Positions 20,801-32,714 of a stretch of DNA of 64,000 nt are shown here, piece after piece. The stretch comes from Thalia democratica (lineage: Eukaryota). Made by a program: the position numbers and the translations under genes. The notes under the pieces were generated by a model. The model did no database searches, was not told the DNA's origin, and worked only from the letters and a program-made list of their open reading frames with translations. Numbering within the stretch: position 1 is the first letter of the stretch; each line of letters opens with the position of its first letter. The stretch is from the NCBI GenBank assembly GCA_965202585.1, contig OZ241832.1, positions 8,122,001 to 8,186,000 of the forward strand. The letters are read 5' to 3'.

Positions 20801-23262
20801 ATGGCGTCCTCCGCAGCAACCATCTGCCAACCACTGAAGACAACACTAAAAAAATAAACGAATTAACTAAACTAGTAGAAAATAGTAACAAACTAATAGA
20901 AGATAGATTTAATACTATTTTAAAAACAATTTCTTTACAGAATTCTCAATCAATCAACACCCCTGCAAGAAGTGTGGTAAGTTCAGTTAATTGTTTTAAT
21001 TCACATATAAACTTGACAGACTCGCCCTCAGCCAGTATATATATGATGACCAAAACAACGGCTGCCAACAATCCTACGTTCCTTCAAGACTCCCTAAACA
21101 CAAGAACATCACAAATATCCAGTTATCAAGTCACAGCTGTAACACAAACACTCCCTACTACATCAATGAGTTCAACAAATTCATCGTTAGACAGTTTTTC
21201 ACGACCATATTCCCATCAAAAAAAACTAAATTCTAACCTAAAGTTTGATCAATCAAATGAAAAAAAATTAAGTCACTTTTACGGCAGTAGTTCAAATATC
21301 GAGCAGCTTAAACGACAGATCGATATTCTACAAAATAAAGTGAACAAAACTCCCAATTGTTATACAGATTCGAATCAGACTAATGGCAATCATATCTCTT
21401 TCAATCAAGAATCTTCGCCCGAGAATCAAAACTTCCACAAAGCAACAAATACAAGGCGTTTTCCAGAGCGAATGTTTAGGAAAATTAAAGGAAAAAATCC
21501 GAGAGAGGAGTTCAAATTGTTTGAGCTTCAGTGTAAAAGCCAGGGCATTTTCGATGATACAACTCAGTTTGAAATCATAATTAGAATATGGCCAATTAAT
21601 GATATACTTTACTATGTAAAAATTGGTAAACCATCTAGCTATGTCTGTTTCAAACAAGAAATCTTAAGCATGACACCATGCTTACCGGATATACACAAAC
21701 CTCCACCTATTTGGAGTCATACCCCAACTTTTAAAGACATTCATCAGTTGGTATCGAAAAGTCTTACTTGCTCGCCAGATGACCTCTACAAACATCTTAC
21801 TATTAGTTATAGTCCCAAATGGGCGAGTAAAATTCTAATAAAAGACCTTGAACTTCCTATCAAGAAGTTTAAGAACCGTCTTATGTGGATTCTCGAACAA
21901 GGCCCAACTGATTTGAAAATGAGTTATTATAGTAAAAAATCAAATAACCAATATAAGTTGAATAATAAATCTAAAAGGACATTTCATCAAAACCGAAATG
22001 AAAATTATTCGCAACCTAATCAAAACATAAACAACTACTCAAAAGACTATAGACAACATCAAAGTAATTTTAGTAATAAAAAACTTAACAGATGTCGCTA
22101 TCATGTTCGTTTTGGTGAGAAAGCTAAAAATTGTGAAGGCTCGCAATGTAAAATGTACAAAAAATTTGTAGAAAATAAAATAAAATATTTTAAGCAAAAA
22201 TCAACAATGGTAAAAAAAGAACTATTTATCGAAGAAAGGTTGAAAAGAGGAAAATTGAAGTGCACATGTGAAAATAAATCAATAAGAATCAAAGAAGCAA
22301 GTTCGTGCTCAACCTATAAAACACTTAACGAAAAACTTAAACAAAAGTCAATTGAACCAAAAAGAAAATATAGCAAATTTCGAGAAAATGAAGTACTCTG
22401 TGAAACAAAGTCAAATATAAGTACCAAACTACTATTTATTACAGATAAATATAATAAAATACCTTATTTGTTTGATATCAATGCACAACATTTGATTATT
22501 TCTAAGGGATTAATTAGTTCATATGAAGAAGATGATTTAGTACCTGAAATTTGGAACGTCTGGGGAAATGATATGAAAGCTCTAGGATATACAACTCTAA
22601 AGGTCAACATTGGTTTACAACAAAGTTTACCTCACAAGTTTTATGTAATAGAATCAAACAACCCTTTTGCTATTCTTGGCTCAAATTTTATAGTAAAGAG
22701 AAATTTAACAATCAATGCAAAGGAAAAAACGATAACACAAACAGAAACAGGAGTTAAACTTAAACTCGAACTGTCAGATCCTTCTCGTAAAAAAACCATT
22801 AGAAAAGAAGTAAAAAATTATTTAGAAACTTTTCCCGTAATCGCAAAAGAATCAAGTAACAGAGAAAAACCACAACATAACCATGTTCTTGATATGAAAC
22901 TCAAAAACGAAGTCTTGCCTCGTCATAAAAAAGCTATAGCACCGATTGCAATAATATCAAAAACAAAAGAAAACATCTTCAACAAGTTGTCAAAAGGAAG
23001 CATTCCAAAAACAATTGATAATGATAAAAACAACCTCCCAATATCATTTTTACCAACCGTCAAAAAGTGTGTAAACAAAACAATTAAATTAACTAAAGCT
23101 GTAATTTTGTTTTCTAAAAAGTGGAACAGTACTCAGAAAGTAATTTCTTTACATAGTAATCGATCTCTTAGTTGTTTAATAGAAACAAAGAAAATTACAA
23201 GAGACAACTTTTATCTCCAACAAAAAAATGACCTTAAAGACTACACGCATCTCGTCACTTAA
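20626..23262 (+). CDS. Gag-protease-like polyprotein (878 aa from the first ATG), no RT/RNase H/integrase
   Basis: Gag-like F.LFELQCKSQGIFDDTTQFEII; CRYHVRFGEKAKNCEGSQC (CX2HX9CX4C); retropepsin-like LLFITDK...YLFDINA...ILGSNF; then a linker resembling the pre-RT region and a stop. Confidence 0.8.
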   Translation: MSLKPLKKALVLKVPRTQTCTEMSCSETTANLESDEIVEPETEAISKEISEATSPGNNNGVLRSNHLPTTEDNTKKINELTKLVENSNKLIEDRFNTILKTISLQNSQSINTPARSVVSSVNCFNSHINLTDSPSASIYMMTKTTAANNPTFLQDSLNTRTSQISSYQVTAVTQTLPTTSMSSTNSSLDSFSRPYSHQKKLNSNLKFDQSNEKKLSHFYGSSSNIEQLKRQIDILQNKVNKTPNCYTDSNQTNGNHISFNQESSPENQNFHKATNTRRFPERMFRKIKGKNPREEFKLFELQCKSQGIFDDTTQFEIIIRIWPINDILYYVKIGKPSSYVCFKQEILSMTPCLPDIHKPPPIWSHTPTFKDIHQLVSKSLTCSPDDLYKHLTISYSPKWASKILIKDLELPIKKFKNRLMWILEQGPTDLKMSYYSKKSNNQYKLNNKSKRTFHQNRNENYSQPNQNINNYSKDYRQHQSNFSNKKLNRCRYHVRFGEKAKNCEGSQCKMYKKFVENKIKYFKQKSTMVKKELFIEERLKRGKLKCTCENKSIRIKEASSCSTYKTLNEKLKQKSIEPKRKYSKFRENEVLCETKSNISTKLLFITDKYNKIPYLFDINAQHLIISKGLISSYEEDDLVPEIWNVWGNDMKALGYTTLKVNIGLQQSLPHKFYVIESNNPFAILGSNFIVKRNLTINAKEKTITQTETGVKLKLELSDPSRKKTIRKEVKNYLETFPVIAKESSNREKPQHNHVLDMKLKNEVLPRHKKAIAPIAIISKTKENIFNKLSKGSIPKTIDNDKNNLPISFLPTVKKCVNKTIKLTKAVILFSKKWNSTQKVISLHSNRSLSCLIETKKITRDNFYLQQKNDLKDYTHLVT
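20802..20816 (+). other. Putative primer-binding site
   Basis: TGGCGTCCTCCGCAG begins one base after the LTR end (also at 26759); cognate tRNA not assigned. Confidence 0.5.
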
Positions 23263-25453
23263 CGATATTAAGACAACATAAGTTCTGTCAACTGGAATAG
23301 TTTCTTAATTCTGTCACATCTACGTTCATTTTTTTAAGTTTCTTTTATCAGTGAATAACGAGCTATAAACTCATTCTATTTATTTTTATATATTTTATAT
23401 ATTTATATATGTAATGTATACATGTGTATATACTAATTTTATTCTTTACTAACATGAGACTTAAAACAAAACACACTTTTTTTCCCTCTTTCTAACAATT
23501 TTTTTTTCGCTTACACAATAACCAAACTAAATACTGCAAGTTTACAATTTAATAATTAAATTATCTGTTCTTGCAATTTTACAAATTTATTTTTTTTTTC
23601 TCGCGCAGCTGTACGATAAAAAAAAGAGAATAAATGATTCTTCTGTTTGTTTTAAATTAAATTCCGGAAGCGTTCAAATTATAATTTTTCTAAATCATTG
23701 ACATTTTTTTTCCGGTATGAATTTGACCCCAGATTAATAAGAATTCAATTCCAAATAAGCACTTGGTCTTTTTCTCTTTATAACTTTAAGAATTTAATTA
23801 TTTAAATCGTGCTCTAAAAAGAGTGCGTAAACTCACTAACCTGAAACCAAAAATTAATAATTATATACTTATTGAACTTATATGTTGGAAGCAAAAAAAA
23901 AAAAAAATTTTATATTACAAGCTGGTCTATTTTAAAGTAAAAATCTTTGAAAAGAAAACATTGTTTTTCTTGAACATCTATTCAAAAAAAATTAAACTGC
24001 TCAAATCTTCTCCCATTCAAATGATTTTTTTGCCGACTAGTACAATCAACTAAACTGAATGCAGCAAACTTACTGAACTCTAAGATGATAATGGTTTGCC
24101 TTTTTACAACTTTAACTGTTAGTCACTCTCGTACAGTTGCACGTGAAGTTTGCAGCAATGAAGTTCGTATATAACAGGTGATATTTTGTTTTCAACCCTC
24201 AATTTTTTACGACACACGTGTTATTAAAGTTCGAAATATGCGCAGTCAAAATTAACTCCCAAGAGTTTAACTATTGCGCTAAGCTAACTTAAATAACTTT
24301 ATAAAAAGCTTCTGACAATCAAATTAATTTCCCGTATTTTTGTTTTATCACTTTTGCAGTTCACAAAAAAACTTGAAGTATAAATAACTTCCAGCTGTTA
24401 AGCTAACTTTTTTTGCCACTAAACAAACTTATTAAAATGTTCCTTCAATCAAATTGCTTAATCTAAATAGTTTGAAATGTCGCTTTTCCACCTATCTCTA
24501 ATTTCAAGTTATTCACTGACAGTGTGGAAGTGAGTTTATAGCATGTTAGTTTTTCAAAAATATGTATATTTTTCGAAAAAAAAAATTAAAACTAAAATAA
24601 AAACAAAATTATAAAACAAAAAAAAAACACATTCTATTAATTTATTTATCTATATATATTTTTTTTTCTCTTGTTTTCTTTGATCTTCATAAACTTTTAT
24701 TAATATCTTATATCAATTAAGTAAAAGTCGTTTTTTTTCTCTTCTAACCTTAAAAAATTAAAAAATCAAACCAATTATCAATTTAGACTTTTTCGAATTC
24801 TTACTTCAGATGTTTTTAATTTTTTTTTAATTTAACTAATTCATTCATAAAAAATATTATAACTTTGATATGATAACGTTTCATACTAATTAGAATTAAC
24901 TTTTTTTAATTTTTTTCTTTGGATAAGTACATGTCTTGTATACGGATAATTAGGTAAGAGTTAAAAACAAATTCTAGTTTTCTTTTGACATTGTTTTTAC
25001 TATTGTCGTTGTAAACCTGTATTTTTTTTCTTGCTTTATTCTTACGCGATGTCTTGGATCTTGATATTTAAGTGTTTGAATTTTCTAATTATTGGTTTTT
25101 CATTAACTATTAATATTTATTTTTTTTGAACTCTAAAAATTAGAAATATCGTTAGACTTTTTATTTACACTCTATACTAAACTGTAATTTTCATTTTTAT
25201 GTGTCGATGAATTTATGTATAATTAATTTTTGGATTGGTTAAAACTTCCGATTTATTTTTTTTTCTTCTAAACATGATATCGCTTTATTTTTTTTTATTT
25301 CACAAGCTGTTTCAAACTTGGAATTTATAAGTTAATATTCGTCTACCTAATAATTTTTTTCTTATCCATTCATTTTTTATTTTTCTACAATTTAAAAACA
25401 AAAAAAAAAAAATTTTTGGTAAAAAAAATAAAAATAAAATAGACAATAGTCGA

Positions 25454-26757
25454 TGTAGGACACTTATGCAATATCTTATTTTGCCTTGTGTCCAAATTTT
25501 GATAACTTAAAGAAATTAATGTTAATCACTTGATATTATATTTTTCCTTTAAAAAAAACAACAAATAAATATAGTAAAACTAATTCCCAAAAAAAACTAT
25601 TTTTCACAAACAAAATAAGTGCTAGTTAAAATGATTTTTGTCTTTGATTTCTTGATTGAACTGGAAATAGCTTGTTTATGGGTGTGGCTAAGGGAAAATG
25701 AGAGAATCAAATGATAGATCAAGTGATCTACAGTTCAAAGTCCAGGAAAATGAGAGAATCAAATGAGAGATCGCGTGATTATTGAAAATTCTAGAAAAAG
25801 AATCGAAAAACTATAAATACGCCCAATCAGAGCGTGAAGCAGGGCATTTACCTCGAAACAAGCACGAAGCGACACTCTGCTGCTCGAAAATTTAAGCGTT
25901 AGCCGCCATCTTGGAAAAGCTAGATGACACCCGAGAAAACCTTCTTATACAACAACGTCGACGGGGCGAACAACTCGATTTGAGTTGTTAACGTGCCATA
26001 ATCATAAGCCTACGCATACTGTAGCAGACAACTTCTTTGGATCAATTTGAACACTGAATTCCACGATTGAGTCCACAGCGTTCAAAGAAAGAAACTTGAA
26101 CATTCATCTTATTGAGCAAGCCCACACAGATTGTGGCGTCAACCTTAGCTACACTTCTACGAACAAGTTGTTTTCGTACTTTTAAATAATTCTGTCGTAA
26201 TATTTATACATATTTATATTATCGTATCTATTTACTATTGTACTTGTATTGTAATATTTATACATATTTATATCATCGTGCCTATTTATATTGTATTTTA
26301 TCGCCACGCTCCGATTACGGGAAGGAAACGGAAGAAGATCAAGCCACGTACATCAAGATTCTGTAAACGAGACGGACCAACGTCGAGTGCCAGAAACTGA
26401 GCGACCGGAGACCAGTGACACGTCTCCAGTGACACGTCAAGGAGGGAATCCAGAGCACGTTTTCCTTCTAATTGTTAACTTTAAGTGTTTAGACTTATTG
26501 TGAGCTGTCATTGCGTTTATTTGTACATAATAAAACAACATTACTTAGTTTTATTATATTTAGTTATATAAATTATATAGTTATGTCCTTAAAACCCCTA
26601 AAAAAGGCATTAGTCTTGAAAGTGCCACGCACACAAACGTGCACCGAAATGAGTTGTTCCGAGACTACTGCTAACCTGGAATCTGATGAGATTGTCGAGC
26701 CTGAGACCGAGGCAATTTCGAAGGAAATCAGTGAGGCTACAAGTCCGGGTAACAATA
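25454..26757 (+). repeat. LTR 2 (shared central LTR)
   Basis: Copy of 19497-20800 at +5957. Confidence 0.85.
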
Positions 26758-29219
26758 ATGGCGTCCTCCGCAGCAACCATCTGCCAACCACTGAAGACAA
26801 CACTAAAAAAATAAACGAATTAACTAAACTAGTAGAAAATAGTAACAAACTAATAGAAGATAGATTTAATACTATTTTAAAAACAATTTCTTTACAGAAT
26901 TCTCAATCAATCAACACCCCTGCAAGAAGTGTGGTAAGTTCAGTTAATTGTTTTAATTCACATATAAACTTGACAGACTCGCCCTCAGCCAGTATATATA
27001 TGATGACCAAAACAACGGCTGCCAACAATCCTACGTTCCTTCAAGACTCCCTAAACACAAGAACATCACAAATATCCAGTTATCAAGTCACAGCTGTAAC
27101 ACAAACACTCCCTACTACATCAATGAGTTCAACAAATTCATCGTTAGACAGTTTTTCACGACCATATTCCCATCAAAAAAAACTAAATTCTAACCTAAAG
27201 TTTGATCAATCAAATGAAAAAAAATTAAGTCACTTTTACGGCAGTAATTCAAATATCGAGCAGCTTAAACGACAGATCGATATTCTACAAAATAAAGTGA
27301 ACAAAACTCCCAATTGTTATACAGATTCGAATCAGACTAATGGCAATCATATCTCTTTCAATCAAGAATCTTCGCCCGAGAATCAAAACTTCCACAAAGC
27401 AACAAATACAAGGCGTTTTCCAGAGCGAATGTTTAGGAAAATTAAAGGAAAAAATCCGAGAGAGGAGTTCAAATTGTTTGAGCTTCAGTGTAAAAGCCAG
27501 GGCATTTTCGATGATACAACTCAGTTTGAAATCATAATTAGAATATGGCCAATTAATGATATACTTTACTATGTAAAAATTGGTAAACCATCTAGCTATG
27601 TCTGTTTCAAACAAGAAATCTTAAGCATGACACCATGCTTACCGGATATACACAAACCTCCACCTATTTGGAGTCATACCCCAACTTTTAAAGACATTCA
27701 TCAGTTGGTATCGAAAAGTCTTACTTGCTCGCCAGATGACCTCTACAAACATCTTACTATTAGTTATAGTCCCAAATGGGCGAGTAAAATTCTAATAAAA
27801 GACCTTGAACTTCCTATCAAGAAGTTTAAGAACCGTCTTATGTGGATTCTCGAACAAGGCCCAACTGATTTGAAAATGAGTTATTATAGTAAAAAATCAA
27901 ATAACCAATATAAGTTGAATAATAAATCTAAAAGGACATTTCATCAAAACCGAAATGAAAATTATTCGCAACCTAATCAAAACATAAACAACTACTCAAA
28001 AGACTATAGACAACATCAAAGTAATTTTAGTAATAAAAAACTTAACAGATGTCGCTATCATGTTCGTTTTGGTGAGAAAGCTAAAAATTGTGAAGGCTCG
28101 CAATGTAAAATGTACAAAAAATTTGTAGAAAATAAAATAAAATATTTTAAGCAAAAATCAACAATGGTAAAAAAAGAACTATTTATCGAAGAAAGGTTGA
28201 AAAGAGGAAAATTGAAGTGCACATGTGAAAATAAATCAATAAGAATCAAAGAAGCAAGTTCGTGCTCAACCTATAAAACACTTAACGAAAAACTTAAACA
28301 AAAGTCAATTGAACCAAAAAGAAAATATAGCAAATTTCGAGAAAATGAAGTACTCTGTGAAACAAAGTCAAATATAAGTACCAAACTACTATTTATTACA
28401 GATAAATATAATAAAATACCTTATTTGTTTGATATCAATGCACAACATTTGATTATTTCTAAGGGATTAATTAGTTCATATGAAGAAGATGATTTAGTAC
28501 CTGAAATTTGGAACGTCTGGGGAAATGATATGAAAGCTCTAGGATATACAACTCTAAAGGTCAACATTGGTTTACAACAAAGTTTACCTCACAAGTTTTA
28601 TGTAATAGAATCAAACAACCCTTTTGCTATTCTTGGCTCAAATTTTATAGTAAAGAGAAATTTAACAATCAATGCAAAGGAAAAAACGATAACACAAACA
28701 GAAACAGGAGTTAAACTTAAACTCGAACTGTCAGATCCTTCTCGTAAAAAAACCATTAGAAAAGAAGTAAAAAATTATTTAGAAACTTTTCCCGTAATCG
28801 CAAAAGAATCAAGTAACAGAGAAAAACCACAACATAACCATGTTCTTGATATGAAACTCAAAAACGAAGTCTTGCCTCGTCATAAAAAAGCTATAGCACC
28901 GATTGCAATAATATCAAAAACAAAAGAAAACATCTTCAACAAGTTGTCAAAAGGAAGCATTCCAAAAACAATTGATAATGATAAAAACAACCTCCCAATA
29001 TCATTTTTACCAACCGTCAAAAAGTGTGTAAACAAAACAATTAAATTAACTAAAGCTGTAATTTTGTTTTCTAAAAAGTGGAACAGTACTCAGAAAGTAA
29101 TTTCTTTACATAGTAATCGATCTCTTAGTTGTTTAATAGAAACAAAGAAAATTACAAGAGACAACTTTTATCTCCAACAAAAAAATGACCTTAAAGACTA
29201 CACGCATCTCGTCACTTAA
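26583..29219 (+). CDS. Second copy of the Gag-protease-like ORF
   Basis: Same as 20626-23262 except S to N (G21290 vs A27247). Confidence 0.8.
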   Translation: MSLKPLKKALVLKVPRTQTCTEMSCSETTANLESDEIVEPETEAISKEISEATSPGNNNGVLRSNHLPTTEDNTKKINELTKLVENSNKLIEDRFNTILKTISLQNSQSINTPARSVVSSVNCFNSHINLTDSPSASIYMMTKTTAANNPTFLQDSLNTRTSQISSYQVTAVTQTLPTTSMSSTNSSLDSFSRPYSHQKKLNSNLKFDQSNEKKLSHFYGSNSNIEQLKRQIDILQNKVNKTPNCYTDSNQTNGNHISFNQESSPENQNFHKATNTRRFPERMFRKIKGKNPREEFKLFELQCKSQGIFDDTTQFEIIIRIWPINDILYYVKIGKPSSYVCFKQEILSMTPCLPDIHKPPPIWSHTPTFKDIHQLVSKSLTCSPDDLYKHLTISYSPKWASKILIKDLELPIKKFKNRLMWILEQGPTDLKMSYYSKKSNNQYKLNNKSKRTFHQNRNENYSQPNQNINNYSKDYRQHQSNFSNKKLNRCRYHVRFGEKAKNCEGSQCKMYKKFVENKIKYFKQKSTMVKKELFIEERLKRGKLKCTCENKSIRIKEASSCSTYKTLNEKLKQKSIEPKRKYSKFRENEVLCETKSNISTKLLFITDKYNKIPYLFDINAQHLIISKGLISSYEEDDLVPEIWNVWGNDMKALGYTTLKVNIGLQQSLPHKFYVIESNNPFAILGSNFIVKRNLTINAKEKTITQTETGVKLKLELSDPSRKKTIRKEVKNYLETFPVIAKESSNREKPQHNHVLDMKLKNEVLPRHKKAIAPIAIISKTKENIFNKLSKGSIPKTIDNDKNNLPISFLPTVKKCVNKTIKLTKAVILFSKKWNSTQKVISLHSNRSLSCLIETKKITRDNFYLQQKNDLKDYTHLVT

Positions 29220-31410
29220 CGATATTAAGACAACATAAGTTCTGTCAACTGGAATAGTTTCTTAATTCTGTCACATCTACGTTCATTTTTTTAAGTTTCT
29301 TTTATCAGTGAATAACGAGCTATAAACTCATTCTATTTATTTTTATATATTTTATATATTTATATATGTAATGTATACATGTGTATATACTAATTTTATT
29401 CTTTACTAACATGAGACTTAAAACAAAACACACTTTTTTTCCCTCTTTCTAACAATTTTTTTTTCGCTTACACAATAACCAAACTAAATACTGCAAGTTT
29501 ACAATTTAATAATTAAATTATCTGTTCTTGCAATTTTACAAATTTATTTTTTTTTTCTCGCGCAGCTGTACGATAAAAAAAAGAGAATAAATGATTCTTC
29601 TGTTTGTTTTAAATTAAATTCCGGAAGCGTTCAAATTATAATTTTTCTAAATCATTGACATTTTTTTTCCGGTATGAATTTGACCCCAGATTAATAAGAA
29701 TTCAATTCCAAATAAGCACTTGGTCTTTTTCTCTTTATAACTTTAAGAATTTAATTATTTAAATCGTGCTCTAAAAAGAGTGCGTAAACTCACTAACCTG
29801 AAACCAAAAATTAATAATTATATACTTATTGAACTTATATGTTGGAAGCAAAAAAAAAAAAAAATTTTATATTACAAGCTGGTCTATTTTAAAGTAAAAA
29901 TCTTTGAAAAGAAAACATTGTTTTTCTTGAACATCTATTCAAAAAAAATTAAACTGCTCAAATCTTCTCCCATTCAAATGATTTTTTTGCCGACTAGTAC
30001 AATCAACTAAACTGAATGCAGCAAACTTACTGAACTCTAAGATGATAATGGTTTGCCTTTTTACAACTTTAACTGTTAGTCACTCTCGTACAGTTGCACG
30101 TGAAGTTTGCAGCAATGAAGTTCGTATATAACAGGTGATATTTTGTTTTCAACCCTCAATTTTTTACGACACACGTGTTATTAAAGTTCGAAATATGCGC
30201 AGTCAAAATTAACTCCCAAGAGTTTAACTATTGCGCTAAGCTAACTTAAATAACTTTATAAAAAGCTTCTGACAATCAAATTAATTTCCCGTATTTTTGT
30301 TTTATCACTTTTGCAGTTCACAAAAAAACTTGAAGTATAAATAACTTCCAGCTGTTAAGCTAACTTTTTTTGCCACTAAACAAACTTATTAAAATGTTCC
30401 TTCAATCAAATTGCTTAATCTAAATAGTTTGAAATGTCGCTTTTCCACCTATCTCTAATTTCAAGTTATTCACTGACAGTGTGGAAGTGAGTTTATAGCA
30501 TGTTAGTTTTTCAAAAATATGTATATTTTTCGAAAAAAAAAATTAAAACTAAAATAAAAACAAAATTATAAAACAAAAAAAAAACACATTCTATTAATTT
30601 ATTTATCTATATATATTTTTTTTTCTCTTGTTTTCTTTGATCTTCATAAACTTTTATTAATATCTTATATCAATTAAGTAAAAGTCGTTTTTTTTCTCTT
30701 CTAACCTTAAAAAATTAAAAAATCAAACCAATTATCAATTTAGACTTTTTCGAATTCTTACTTCAGATGTTTTTAATTTTTTTTTAATTTAACTAATTCA
30801 TTCATAAAAAATATTATAACTTTGATATGATAACGTTTCATACTAATTAGAATTAACTTTTTTTAATTTTTTTCTTTGGATAAGTACATGTCTTGTATAC
30901 GGATAATTAGGTAAGAGTTAAAAACAAATTCTAGTTTTCTTTTGACATTGTTTTTACTATTGTCGTTGTAAACCTGTATTTTTTTTCTTGCTTTATTCTT
31001 ACGCGATGTCTTGGATCTTGATATTTAAGTGTTTGAATTTTCTAATTATTGGTTTTTCATTAACTATTAATATTTATTTTTTTTGAACTCTAAAAATTAG
31101 AAATATCGTTAGACTTTTTATTTACACTCTATACTAAACTGTAATTTTCATTTTTATGTGTCGATGAATTTATGTATAATTAATTTTTGGATTGGTTAAA
31201 ACTTCCGATTTATTTTTTTTTCTTCTAAACATGATATCGCTTTATTTTTTTTTATTTCACAAGCTGTTTCAAACTTGGAATTTATAAGTTAATATTCGTC
31301 TACCTAATAATTTTTTTCTTATCCATTCATTTTTTATTTTTCTACAATTTAAAAACAAAAAAAAAAAAATTTTTGGTAAAAAAAAGAAAAATAAAATAGA
31401 CAATAGTCGA

Positions 31411-32714
31411 TGTAGGACACTTATGCAATATCTTATTTTGCCTTGTGTCCAAATTTTGATAACTTAAAGAAATTAATGTTAATCACTTGATATTATATTT
31501 TTCCTTTAAAAAAAACAACAAATAAATATAGTAAAACTAATTCCCAAAAAAAACTATTTTTCACAAACAAAATAAGTGCTAGTTAAAATGATTTTTGTCT
31601 TTGATTTCTTGATTGAACTGGAAATAGCTTGTTTATGGGTGTGGCTAAGGGAAAATGAGAGAATCAAATGATAGATCAAGTGATCTACAGTTCAAAGTCC
31701 AGGAAAATGAGAGAATCAAATGAGAGATCGCGTGATTATTGAAAATTCTAGAAAAAGAATCGAAAAACTATAAATACGCCCAATCAGAGCGTGAAGCAGG
31801 GCATTTACCTCGAAACAAGCACGAAGCGACACTCTGCTGCTCGAAAATTTAAGCGTTAGCCGCCATCTTGGAAAAGCTAGATGACACCCGAGAAAACCTT
31901 CTTATACAACAACGTCGACGGGGCGAACAACTCGATTTGAGTTGTTAACGTGCCATAATCATAAGCCTACGCATACTGTAGCAGACAACTTCTTTGGATC
32001 AATTTGAACACTGAATTCCACGATTGAGTCCACAGCGTTCAAAGAAAGAAACTTGAACATTCATCTTATTGAGCAAGCCCACACAGATTGTGGCGTCAAC
32101 CTTAGCTACACTTCTACGAACAAGTTGTTTTCGTACTTTTAAATAATTCTGTCGTAATATTTATACATATTTATATTATCGTATCTATTTACTATTGTAC
32201 TTGTATTGTAATATTTATACATATTTATATCATCGTGCCTATTTATATTGTATTTTATCGCCACGCTCCGATTACGGGAAGGAAACGGAAGAAGATCAAG
32301 CCACGTACATCAAGATTCTGTAAACGAGACGGACCAACGTCGAGTGCCAGAAACTGAGCGACCGGAGACCAGTGACACGTCTCCAGTGACACGTCAAGGA
32401 GGGAATCCAGAGCACGTTTTCCTTCTAATTGTTAACTTTAAGTGTTTAGACTTATTGTGAGCTGTCATTGCGTTTATTTGTACATAATAAAACAACATTA
32501 CTTAGTTTTATTATATTTAGTTATATAAATTATATAGTTATGTCCTTAAAACCCCTAAAAAAGGCATTAGTCTTGAAAGTGCCACGCACACAAACGTGCA
32601 CCGAAATGAGTTGTTCCGAGACTACTGCTAACCTGGAATCTGATGAGATTGTCGAGCCTGAGACCGAGGCAATTTCGAAGGAAATCAGTGAGGCTACAAG
32701 TCCGGGTAACAATA
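31411..32714 (+). repeat. LTR 3 (3' LTR)
   Basis: Identity with the other LTRs ends at ...GGTAACAATA, followed by AAGG. Confidence 0.85.

Larger units (their letters stand above)
19497..32714 (+). mobile_element. Tandem non-autonomous Ty3/Gypsy-type LTR retrotransposon array (LTR-int-LTR-int-LTR)
   Basis: TGTAGGACAC starts at 19497, 25454 and 31411 (period 5957); the third unit stops where the first two continue into A-TGGCG (PBS-like); AAGG at 19493-19496 and 32715-32718; gag/protease-like ORF inside. Confidence 0.88.

Noticed and set aside
19497-32714. Penelope or DIRS identity for the tandem array
   Set aside because: No RT, GIY-YIG or tyrosine recombinase; direct LTRs, a PBS-like TGG, a TSD and gag/protease motifs fit Gypsy
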